A stretch of 64,000 nt of DNA, taken from Spirochaetia bacterium. Its GTDB lineage: Bacteria; Spirochaetota; Spirochaetia; DSM-2461. How positions within the stretch are numbered: the stretch's first letter is position 1; the number at the start of each line of letters is the position of its first letter. The notes beneath the pieces were generated by a model, which did no database searches, was not told the DNA's origin, and saw nothing but the letters and a program-made list of their open reading frames with translations. A program made the position numbers and the translations under genes. The stretch is taken from contig CAXXIA010000001.1 of assembly GCA_963666985.2 (NCBI GenBank), forward strand, positions 1,408,001-1,472,000. The letters run 5' to 3'. Of the stretch, positions 40,961 to 49,636 are shown one piece after another.

Positions 40961-41164
40961 GGGGCGGCCCGGAAACGGACCGGTCACAGCCTCTCGCCGG
41001 CATTTTTACAACCGCATCAGGCAAGGCCGAAACTTGAAAACAGGAATCCGGCGGCTTCCGGCCGACTTGAGGCGTTCATCCGCCGGCCCTCGAAACCGAA
41101 AAGACTTTTCGCCGAAGACAGGAATCCGCTTTTCTGTTAAATTTCAGTTAGGACTCATTACGCA

Positions 41165-42655
41165 ATGGAAAGAACCGTAAGGAACCCTATCAAAATCACC
41201 GACCACGGAAAAGCTCAGCTGGAAGTGAAAACTCACTATTCGCTTACCGGAGCGAAAAAAGACCGCTATTCGGTTGATTTATGGTTCTTTGTTCCAAGTC
41301 CCCTGAGAATGAATACCGAAGAATACGGCATTGAAAATTTCCTGGCCGATACGCATTGCCAGATCCGAATGAGTCCCGCCTTTATGCCCATATCCCGCAT
41401 CATCGATCCGAAATGCAAAATCAGTCCGCTCACCCGGATTCGATCCGAACTGGAACGGGCCGCCCTGCCGCAGGATATCCGCAACAAAAGGATTCTCTAT
41501 GAGATGAGAACCCTGGCCAATATTTTCGGAACGGAAACCTCCGGATCGGAACACATCATTGCCGAAGCGGTCAACGAAGGGCGCATGAACGTTGTGAAGA
41601 ACGCCATCAAGGCGAATCTGAAGGATATCAAATCCTTTCTTGAAAGCTGGAGAAGCCTTTACGAACTTTTCCTGGAACCGGCGGTCGACAGTCAGCTGAG
41701 GGACGCCTATGCCTGGACGGACGAATCGGTCAGTCTGGCGACCGAACGTGTCCTCACCCGGCTGTACCGCAGCATCGTGGCGGACGAGGAAGCACCGTCG
41801 CTGACCAAACGGATTCTCAGGCTGGCCGAAGCGGAAAAAGAACATCGGCTGCTGATGGGTTACACCACCTTAAACGGAGGCTTTACGAAACTGGAAGCCG
41901 AACAGAGGCTCTACCACGAAAGCATCCTGAAAAAATGGGGACAGTCGGCTCTGTATCTGACTCTTGAAGAAAGCGGAACCTCGCGGCGTATAGGTCAAAT
42001 CATAGCCGCCGCGGCCGCCGCGGCCGCCATGGCGTTCGCCGTGGTCGCGACGCTCCTGGCGGAACACTTTTTCCCCGGCAAAGGAATCGCCTGGGCTCTG
42101 GTGGTTGTTATCGCCTATATCTTCAAAGACCGGATAAAAGAATCCCTGAGAGCACTTCTTCTTCACACCCTTCCCTCGCTCATATCGGACAGCAGAATCA
42201 GGCTCGTCGATCAGGCATCGGGACGCCGTGTGGGCCGCGTAAGCAATCGCGTCCGGTTTATGAAAGCGCGGAAATCCCCTTTGGAAATCCATAGGCTCCG
42301 ATATTCCGGAGAAAATCCCTTAAGACAAATACTCCCCGAAGAAGACCTTATCCATTTTCGAAGGAACATCCTCATCAGAAACAAAAGACTCAAAGGTTCT
42401 CATACGCGCCTTACCGATCTTTCGGACATCATCCGAATCAAACTGGATCGCGCTTTAAGGGAAATGGACGATCCCGAAAAAACATTCCCTGTTTTCGCCA
42501 ACGGAGGCGTACAAGACGTCATCGGGAAGAGGGTCTATCACATCAACCTGATCGTAGGACTTTCCTTATATGGAGAAGGCATCATAGAGCGCCTTCACTG
42601 CAGGCTCATCATCAGCCGAAACGGATTGGAGCGGATCGAAGAGCTCGAATCATAA
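41165..42655 (+). CDS. Hypothetical protein (496 aa) with a central two-helix hydrophobic hairpin
   Basis: Long ORF; hydrophobic [21 protein letters not shown] and IAWALVVVIAYIF segments. No family recognised. Confidence 0.75.
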   Translation: MERTVRNPIKITDHGKAQLEVKTHYSLTGAKKDRYSVDLWFFVPSPLRMNTEEYGIENFLADTHCQIRMSPAFMPISRIIDPKCKISPLTRIRSELERAALPQDIRNKRILYEMRTLANIFGTETSGSEHIIAEAVNEGRMNVVKNAIKANLKDIKSFLESWRSLYELFLEPAVDSQLRDAYAWTDESVSLATERVLTRLYRSIVADEEAPSLTKRILRLAEAEKEHRLLMGYTTLNGGFTKLEAEQRLYHESILKKWGQSALYLTLEESGTSRRIGQIIAAAAAAAAMAFAVVATLLAEHFFPGKGIAWALVVVIAYIFKDRIKESLRALLLHTLPSLISDSRIRLVDQASGRRVGRVSNRVRFMKARKSPLEIHRLRYSGENPLRQILPEEDLIHFRRNILIRNKRLKGSHTRLTDLSDIIRIKLDRALREMDDPEKTFPVFANGGVQDVIGKRVYHINLIVGLSLYGEGIIERLHCRLIISRNGLERIEELES

Positions 42656-42818
42656 GCCATAAGCGCCTCCTCCGCGAAAGCCGGGAATCCCAAAAGAGTT
42701 GGAAAACCCGTAAAGTTCGATGGATTCACCGGATCATTTCCGCCGAACAAAAAAATCAATTTGAAACACCCTTTTCTCTTTCCGCCCGTCAAGAATAATG
42801 AGGCAAGGAGGAAAGACG

Positions 42819-43655
42819 ATGCCCGACGATACGAAAAAGGTTTTCAGAAAGCAGGGAACCTGCTCGCGCACGCTGTTTTATTTAGTCAATCGCGCATTCG
42901 GAAGAAACAGAGAACTCGAGGGTCGGGCCGTCGACCCTTTGGCCGGAGGCATCGTACAGAAAGGATACCAGTGCGGGATGCTGTGGGGGGCCTCCCTGGC
43001 CGCGGGCACCGAAGCGTACGAACGATTCGGCAAGGGTGAACGGGCCGTCGGCGCCGCGATCGGCACGTCTCAAGACATCGTGAAATCCTTTACCGACTGT
43101 GCCGGATGCGCCGACTGCCGGGACTTTACGGGAACGGATTTTTCCAAACCGCTGCAAATGGCCCGTTATGTGCTTTTCAGAACACGCCGATGCTTCAATC
43201 TTGCCGAAGATTGGGTTCCGGATGCCGTCGATACGGTCCGAAAAGGATTATCGGCCGCGGAAAGCACCCTCGAGAAGGCCGGAGTGGATAAGACCGTTAA
43301 AAAAGGAGGAATCAGCTGCGCGACCGAAACGGCCCGCAAAATGGGAGCCGGTGATGAAGAGGCCGTGATGGTGGCCGGATTCGCGGGCGGCATAGGGCTC
43401 GGCGGAGGCGGATGCGGCGCGGCGGCGGCGGCCGTTTGGATAAAGAGTCTCGAGTGGTGCCGAAAAAATCCCGGGAAATCCGGCTTCGGCAATCCGGCCG
43501 CCAAACAAACCGTTAAAGCCTTCGAGGAGGCAGCAGGCGCCCGATACACCTGCCGTGAAATTACGGGAAGAACCTTTGCGAACGCCGAAGAACACGCCGA
43601 GTTCATCACGAACGGAGGATGCGCCGAGCTGATCAAGGCCCTGGCCGAATCGTAA
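42819..43655 (+). CDS. C-GCAxxG-C-C family putative redox protein, two tandem domains
   Basis: The pattern C(S/A)..AGGI..CG...CR..TG..C occurs twice; AGGAGG precedes ATG 42819. Confidence 0.75.
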   Translation: MPDDTKKVFRKQGTCSRTLFYLVNRAFGRNRELEGRAVDPLAGGIVQKGYQCGMLWGASLAAGTEAYERFGKGERAVGAAIGTSQDIVKSFTDCAGCADCRDFTGTDFSKPLQMARYVLFRTRRCFNLAEDWVPDAVDTVRKGLSAAESTLEKAGVDKTVKKGGISCATETARKMGAGDEEAVMVAGFAGGIGLGGGGCGAAAAAVWIKSLEWCRKNPGKSGFGNPAAKQTVKAFEEAAGARYTCREITGRTFANAEEHAEFITNGGCAELIKALAES

Positions 43656-43739
43656 TTCTTCGAACGCGGGAATATCGGAAGGGTTCCGTTTCTCATATGA
43701 CACCCGAAGCCCGTCGGAGAATACCGTTCATAAAGAGAT

Positions 43740-43768
43740 TTGCCGATTTTCCGATCGCGGTGTAGGCT
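43740..43768 (+). promoter_or_regulatory. Sigma70-type promoter directly before ATG 43775
   Basis: TTGCCG-N17-TAGGCT, then 6 nt to the ATG. Confidence 0.55.
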
Positions 43769-43774
43769 TCCGGT

Positions 43775-44767
43775 ATGAACGGGCTTACGAAAACCGTCAA
43801 ATGCGTTATCGCCGGACTCGGCCGAATCGGCTCCACGCTGGAAAAAGATCCCCTTCGGGAAAAACCCGCAAGCCATGCCGGAGCCGTTTGGGCCCATCCT
43901 CAAGCCCTTCTGGCCGCCGGGGCCGACCCGGTGCCCGAACGCCGGGAAGAGTTTGAGGCGGACTGGAACGGCGTTAGAACCTACGAAGATCCTTTGGAAA
44001 TGCTTCGAATCGAAAAACCCGATATCTTCCATATCGCCTCATGGACCGACTCTCATCCCTCTCTCCTGACGGCGGCCATGGGCGAAGGTATCCCCGTTAT
44101 TATCTGCGAAAAACCCCTGGCCAACTCGCTCAAAGCCGTCCGGCCTCTCATCCGGAAAACACACAATTCCTCATGCCGGGTTGTGATGAACCACGAACGG
44201 CGCTTTTCCCGGGATTACCGGTCGGTAAGAGAAATCATCCGGGAAAAGCGATTCGGTGAACTCCTCTCTGTTTCGGGCAAACTCTACATGGGCCTCACCC
44301 GTTCTCCGCGCGCTGTTCTCTATCACGACGGAACCCACATGATCGACATCATCAGATTCCTCACCGGCGAAGATATCGCCATTAAACGCGTTTGCGGATC
44401 TCCCGAAGTTAAAGGAGGAGATCTGCACATCCTCGCTCAAGCGGGAAGCACGGCTGTCGATTTGGACATCTCCGGCGGCCGCGATTATCTGTTGTTTGAA
44501 CTGGATTTGACGTTTTCTTCCGGACGCATCCGAATCGGAAACGGAATCTATGAACTCTGGGAATCGGAGGAATCCCCCTACTACACCGGCTTTAAGTCGC
44601 TCTCAAAAAAACAAGACGGCTGGGAAGGGAGAACCGGTTACTTTGCCGGAATGATGGAGCATGCCGTTGATCTGGCGGAGAATCCCGAACGGCAAAGCGA
44701 ATCGACTTTGGAAGACGGTCTTGCCGTACTGAAAATCATCGCCGCGATATTGAAGAAAAAGCGCTGA
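43775..44767 (+). CDS. Gfo/Idh/MocA family oxidoreductase
   Basis: GLGRIG Rossmann motif, CEKPLA, NHERRF, DGTHMID. Confidence 0.9.
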   Translation: MNGLTKTVKCVIAGLGRIGSTLEKDPLREKPASHAGAVWAHPQALLAAGADPVPERREEFEADWNGVRTYEDPLEMLRIEKPDIFHIASWTDSHPSLLTAAMGEGIPVIICEKPLANSLKAVRPLIRKTHNSSCRVVMNHERRFSRDYRSVREIIREKRFGELLSVSGKLYMGLTRSPRAVLYHDGTHMIDIIRFLTGEDIAIKRVCGSPEVKGGDLHILAQAGSTAVDLDISGGRDYLLFELDLTFSSGRIRIGNGIYELWESEESPYYTGFKSLSKKQDGWEGRTGYFAGMMEHAVDLAENPERQSESTLEDGLAVLKIIAAILKKKR

Positions 44768-44854
44768 ACGAAGGATTTTTTCAAAGGCTGTTTCCATGCT
44801 TTCGGACGGATATTCCCGACCGGCCGGAGGCGTTCGGCACGGTCGATACCATAT

Positions 44855-44883
44855 TTGACTCATCCCGTAAAGTTCCATAGAAT
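44855..44883 (+). promoter_or_regulatory. Sigma70-type promoter directly before ATG 44890
   Basis: TTGACT-N17-TAGAAT, then 6 nt to the ATG. Confidence 0.75.
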
Positions 44884-44889
44884 CGGGAT

Positions 44890-45195
44890 ATGGAAGAAAA
44901 CGATCCTATCGGATACCAACGGTGCTCCACTTGCGGGAAATGGCATCCGACGGCCGGATCGTACGCAGGCAGATTCTGTTCCAGAGAATGCGCCAAATCC
45001 TTCCGGAAATGCCCGGTTTGCGGAGCCTATTTCGAGATGAAGGAATCGACATCGGACGGATTCTGTTCGGCCGAGTGCGCCGGAGTGGACGCGAAGGACG
45101 GACCGGCGAATATTCTTGAAATGGCTTCCGCCGACGATTTTCCGGAACCGGCCGCGGATTCCGCGGAAAAAACCGAAACGGTATTGCAAGGATAA
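44890..45195 (+). CDS. Small Cys-rich protein with two CxxC...FCSxxC (TRASH/FCS-like) zinc fingers
   Basis: CSTC..FCSREC and CPVC..FCSAEC followed by an acidic tail; upstream of adk. Confidence 0.7.
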   Translation: MEENDPIGYQRCSTCGKWHPTAGSYAGRFCSRECAKSFRKCPVCGAYFEMKESTSDGFCSAECAGVDAKDGPANILEMASADDFPEPAADSAEKTETVLQG

Positions 45196-45233
45196 AATTC
45201 CTAGGGCCGAGAACCCTGACGAGGAGATGAAAA

Positions 45234-45866
45234 ATGAAACTGATGTATCTGGGCCCTCCGGGGGCGGGAAAAGGCACGATGGCCGCACGGACCAAGGAAC
45301 TTCTTGGGATTCCTCATATTTCCACCGGAGATCTCTTCCGGGAAAACGTCTCCAAAGGAACCGAGCTCGGACTGCAGGTAAAAAGCATCATGGAAAAGGG
45401 CGATTTGGTTCCCGATGAAATCACCGTCGCCATGCTGAAGGAACGCCTCGGACGTTCTGATACGGCCGCGGGGTTCATTCTCGACGGATTTCCCCGGACC
45501 ATCCCGCAGGCCGAGGCCCTTGCCGCCGTAACGGATTTGGACTGCGCGGTGAATTTCGCCTGTCCGGAAGAAGAGCTGATTAAAAGATTGACCGGCCGAC
45601 GATTCTGCCCGGCCTGCGGTAGAACCTATCATGTGATGTTTATGCCTCCCCGCGAGGAAGGCCGATGCGACGACGACGGATCGGCACTCTCGGTCCGGGA
45701 TGACGATACCCTGGAAGCGGTAAAAAACAGATTGAAGGTTTACACAAAATCAACCGAACCGCTTATTGCGTGGTACCGCGACCACGGTCTTCTCCGTGAT
45801 GTGGATGCCTCGGCAGCCCCCGATGATGTGTTCGCGGCGCTTAAGGCGATTTTCGAGAAGCCGTAA
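45234..45866 (+). CDS. adk: Adenylate kinase
   Basis: GPPGAGKGT, HISTGDLFR, LDGFPRT, and a Zn-type lid CPAC..CDDD. Confidence 0.97.
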   Translation: MKLMYLGPPGAGKGTMAARTKELLGIPHISTGDLFRENVSKGTELGLQVKSIMEKGDLVPDEITVAMLKERLGRSDTAAGFILDGFPRTIPQAEALAAVTDLDCAVNFACPEEELIKRLTGRRFCPACGRTYHVMFMPPREEGRCDDDGSALSVRDDDTLEAVKNRLKVYTKSTEPLIAWYRDHGLLRDVDASAAPDDVFAALKAIFEKP

Positions 45867-46746
45867 CATCCCGAATCCCGGCATGAATCATGCCGGGCGC
45901 ATCATTAAAAAGCTCTTCAAGAGACTCCTCGTCCGAGAAGCCGAGTTCCAGAGCTTTGGCGAGTGCTTCAAGGCCCTCTTCATATTCTTCCAATTCGACT
46001 AAATCGATCCGGGCCAAATGCCACCAGCACTCCGGATCGTCTTCGGCGCCGCTCGCGATTTTCCTTTTTTCATAAACCGCCGCTTCGCGAAAAAGTCCCA
46101 TGGCATCGGCCGCACGGGAGGCGATCCGCAGAGCATCGCGATTCACGGTATCTTCGGTCAGGACATCTTCACAAACAGAAAGAGACTCTTCATACTCCCC
46201 CGCCGCGGATAAAGAGGATGCCAGGGCCAGTCTGTTTTCAACATCGTCATCCAGTCGAACCAGCGTCCGGTAGAGCACCACCGCCTCCGCCGCGCGGCCT
46301 TCGCCCTCGTGAATCTCGGCGGCGCCTTTGAGCGACTCGGTATCGGCATGGAAAACATCGAGAGCCGCCCTGTAATAATCGAGAGCGGCATTTGAATCGC
46401 CCTGTTCTTTGGAAACCCAGGCCAGGGCTCTGAGAACCGTAAGATTCTCGGGATCTCTCCCGCGCAATTCCTTTAAAAGAATCAATGCATCGTCTTCGCG
46501 GTCCAGAAACGTCAGGGTAAGAGCCAAGTTGTATGAGGCGGCGGCAAGGTCGGGTTTGGCCTCCAGAGCGGCTTCATATGCCAGGGCCGCTTCCTCCAAA
46601 CGGCCCGATTCGCGAAGCGTGTTGCCTTCGTTGTAAAACCGGGCCGCCTGCTCCTCGACGGCACTCCACGTTCGGCACCCTCCCAAAACGGCGGCGGCCG
46701 ACGCAAGAAGAAAGAAGATTCGCCGAAGAACCGACTCGGGGATCAT
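45841..46746 (-). CDS. TPR-repeat lipoprotein
   Basis: Signal peptide with VLGG-C lipobox; TPR motifs (YNEGN, YNLAL). Confidence 0.8.
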   Translation of the reverse strand: MIPESVLRRIFFLLASAAAVLGGCRTWSAVEEQAARFYNEGNTLRESGRLEEAALAYEAALEAKPDLAAASYNLALTLTFLDREDDALILLKELRGRDPENLTVLRALAWVSKEQGDSNAALDYYRAALDVFHADTESLKGAAEIHEGEGRAAEAVVLYRTLVRLDDDVENRLALASSLSAAGEYEESLSVCEDVLTEDTVNRDALRIASRAADAMGLFREAAVYEKRKIASGAEDDPECWWHLARIDLVELEEYEEGLEALAKALELGFSDEESLEELFNDAPGMIHAGIRDVTASRKSP

Positions 46747-47810
46747 CCCCTTAAAACCGTCCTCTCGATTTCCCGAACCTGCGCCCGATAGAGTGAGGAA
46801 ATATTGGCTCCGTAATCGGCTACCAGCTGAATCATGTTTCTCGGAGAATCCCCGTCTCTGCCGTTGATTCGGTCGCCCGCATCACCGAGTCCGGGAAGAA
46901 TGTAGGCGATATCGTTCAGAACCGGATCCATCCACAGGGTATAAACATCCAGATTCTCAATGGAGCGGACAAGCTGCAGAGATCCCTGCAATGCGGCAAT
47001 AACGTTTAACGCCTTGATCGATTTGGGCTTAACGCCGTTTCCAAGCAGATACTTCACGATGGTAACAAGACTTCCGCCCGTGGCGTTCATGGGATCGGCG
47101 AAAACCAGGTTTTTCCCGTCCAAGGATTCCAGGTCGAAATAGGACATATCCAAGTCCAGGATGTATTCCATGTCGTCTTTCTTCTTCGCTTCGTTTCGTT
47201 TAATGCGGAACAAAGCGAATGGGGTGACATTCCCGGTGGAACTGTATTCCTGGATTTCTTTACTCAGAATCATCGACGGCAGAAGCGCGCCGCGGAGCAT
47301 CACGCACATCACCGTATCCGCGATTTCCTCATCCACATCCGGGATTTTATGGACCGCGTAATTCTGCACGGGCATGGTAACCGGCGTTTTAACCACAAGA
47401 TGGTTCTTTTTACTTTTACCGGCGCCGCCCCAGGCCAAATTGAATAAAAGTTCGTAAGCCCGCTGGATGTAGTAGACGAACTCGTCATGACCGGTTTTCG
47501 CGTCCCGAAGCTTGGCGATAAGCCGGGAAACCTCGCCGTGCTGTCCCGTGGGGGTTTCAAAACTGTAAACATGCAGATGGGGCTCTTCGGAGGTAATTTC
47601 ATGCATGAATTTTCCCATGGTCTCATAGAGCCTGATGATTTTATCGGTCTCGGCCTTTACCAATGACGGCTTGGATTCTCCCGCGGCCAATTTTGTGAAG
47701 GAAGCCGAAGCCTCTTCATAAAAAGAATGCATCCGGGCAATGTAGTCCCGATCCTGTTCGGTCAGGAAGCCGTCCAAGTCTTCGGCTTTTAGAATGATGT
47801 TGTCGCTCAT
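46743..47810 (-). CDS. upp: Uracil phosphoribosyltransferase, long form
   Basis: MLRGAL, PRPP loop ADPMNATGGS, YILPGLGDAGDR. Confidence 0.88.
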   Translation of the reverse strand: MSDNIILKAEDLDGFLTEQDRDYIARMHSFYEEASASFTKLAAGESKPSLVKAETDKIIRLYETMGKFMHEITSEEPHLHVYSFETPTGQHGEVSRLIAKLRDAKTGHDEFVYYIQRAYELLFNLAWGGAGKSKKNHLVVKTPVTMPVQNYAVHKIPDVDEEIADTVMCVMLRGALLPSMILSKEIQEYSSTGNVTPFALFRIKRNEAKKKDDMEYILDLDMSYFDLESLDGKNLVFADPMNATGGSLVTIVKYLLGNGVKPKSIKALNVIAALQGSLQLVRSIENLDVYTLWMDPVLNDIAYILPGLGDAGDRINGRDGDSPRNMIQLVADYGANISSLYRAQVREIERTVLRG

Positions 47811-47854
47811 GGCCCGATTATAGCCCGGAGCGATGCCTAAGGTCGATGAGAATG

Positions 47855-47897
47855 AGAAGAAGAAAGGGACCGTCCCGGGAGTTCCGGAGCGGTCCCT
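47855..47897 (-). terminator. Putative intrinsic terminator after the beta-barrel gene
   Basis: agggaccg...cggtccct stem followed on the minus strand by TTCTTCTTCT. Confidence 0.55.
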
Positions 47898-47948
47898 CTT
47901 ATTCCGGTCTAAAAATCGGCTTCAACGGCCGATTTAATGACTGAATCG

Positions 47949-48749
47949 CTACTTAAAGGCGTAGCCGCCGCTGACCGTCAAACCGATGCCGCGTTCATTG
48001 TTGTCCAGAAGATCGGTTCCGACGATATCGATGACCATGTTAAACGGCCCGCCGCCCTTGGTCGGATGAATACGGAATCCGGTATTGAAAGCACCCCGAG
48101 CTCCGGCATAAATCTTCGGCTGGTATACCGCATAGGCGAAGTTCGAAAAATCCGTTACCCAGTAGACGTAATTCTTGAAGGCGCTCGGGAAGAGCGACAT
48201 GGAGAATCCCATGCCGTAGATAAACTGACTCGTGGGGAAATCTCCCTGTTCCGCCATCTGCCAGCCTATGGTCGCGGTGGTGACGGCGGGCATACTGAAG
48301 AAATTTCCGCCGTAGGTGGCGGCCAAATACAGCTTGGCGCTGTTTCCGGCGGCGGCTTCGTTGGCCATTTCGATATCGCCTCCCAGGGCCAGAGCGCCGG
48401 AGCCCTCTTTATAGAGCTGGAATTTTCCGCCCAGGATGAAATTGAGAAGTTCGGTCTCTCCGTAAAGATCTCCCAAGTGAAGAGCTCCGGAGATTTCGAA
48501 CTTTTTAAAGAGACTTAACGCGAATCGGGGAATATGATCCATCCGATCGTTTCCCGCATAGACGAAACCGTAACCGACATCCAAACCGACCTTGGATTTC
48601 TCCCAGCCGACTCGGGCGTCCGGAACAACGATAAGACCCGTGCTTCCGTTGAAGGTCATGCCGTTCACCGCTCCCGCCATGGTGGACTGGCCGAAAGCGG
48701 CGGCGGCCACCAGGAGAGCCAAAGAAAGAATCGCCAAACGTTTTAACAT
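47949..48749 (-). CDS. Putative outer-membrane beta-barrel protein (YjbH-like N-terminus)
   Basis: Signal peptide, GSTGLIVVPDA motif, alternating aromatic/Gly strands, C-terminal GYAFK. Confidence 0.6.
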   Translation of the reverse strand: MLKRLAILSLALLVAAAAFGQSTMAGAVNGMTFNGSTGLIVVPDARVGWEKSKVGLDVGYGFVYAGNDRMDHIPRFALSLFKKFEISGALHLGDLYGETELLNFILGGKFQLYKEGSGALALGGDIEMANEAAAGNSAKLYLAATYGGNFFSMPAVTTATIGWQMAEQGDFPTSQFIYGMGFSMSLFPSAFKNYVYWVTDFSNFAYAVYQPKIYAGARGAFNTGFRIHPTKGGGPFNMVIDIVGTDLLDNNERGIGLTVSGGYAFK

Positions 48750-48905
48750 TCATTTCTCCTTGCAATTCATAATGAGGCAATTTGTAATTATAATATCGCG
48801 ATAAACGTTCATTTCTCGGAAAATGCATAATCCATCCTAAAAAACGGTTTTCATCGAAGTCCCGGCAGCCGAGTGTTGACGAGAATTAACGGATATCGAT
48901 AAATA

Positions 48906-49475
48906 ATGAAGGTTATGAATGAAACACTGAAAGTAATCCGAGAAAGAAGAAGCATTCGGTCCTATTCTTCAAAACAGATCGGGAAAAACGATTTGAATGA
49001 TGTTCTGGATGCCGCTCTTGCGGCTCCGAACGCCAGGAATATGCAGCAATGGCATTTTACCGTTATACAAGATGCCGCTCTGCTGGATCGATTGGTTTCG
49101 GCGATCCGGAAAAACATGCCCTTAACCGGTATTCCTCTTCTCGTCGAGAAGGCCAAGGATCCCGCATATCACACTTTTTATCATGCGCCGACGGTGGTCA
49201 TGATTTCCGGCGACCGCTCTTCCAAGCATATCGCCATCGACGGCGGAGCGGCCGCCGAGAACATGGCATTGGCCGCGCAATCCCTCGGCATAAGTTCCTG
49301 TTTGATTGCCTCATCGGATCTGATTTTCGTCGGAGATACGGCCGAAGCCTACCGAAAAGAGCTGCGGATTCCCGATGGATACGATCATGTTCTCTGTGTC
49401 GCCCTGGGCTACGCGGAAGGCGATGCTCCCCTAATGCCGGAACGGAACAAGAACGTCATCGACTATATCGGGTAG
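48906..49475 (+). CDS. Nitroreductase family protein
   Basis: RRSIRSY, APNARNMQQWHFTVI, ENMALAAQSLGISSC. Confidence 0.92.
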   Translation: MKVMNETLKVIRERRSIRSYSSKQIGKNDLNDVLDAALAAPNARNMQQWHFTVIQDAALLDRLVSAIRKNMPLTGIPLLVEKAKDPAYHTFYHAPTVVMISGDRSSKHIAIDGGAAAENMALAAQSLGISSCLIASSDLIFVGDTAEAYRKELRIPDGYDHVLCVALGYAEGDAPLMPERNKNVIDYIG

Positions 49476-49636
49476 GTGAATAAAGCCCGTTCAAATGATT
49501 CGCGCGGATATTCGGGCCCGTCTTCCGGGCATGAAGAGTGCGTTTTTGCGCTTAGCTCCGTCGATTCGAAGACCGAACGGGGTAATCGCCTGATGCGGAA
49601 CATGCCGGGACGGATTCGAAATGCCGTCATGCATTA

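Noticed and set aside
48876..48917. Nitroreductase as another leaderless gene
   Set aside because: TTGACG is present but there is no good -10 at 16-18 bp spacing, and the start codon is ambiguous.
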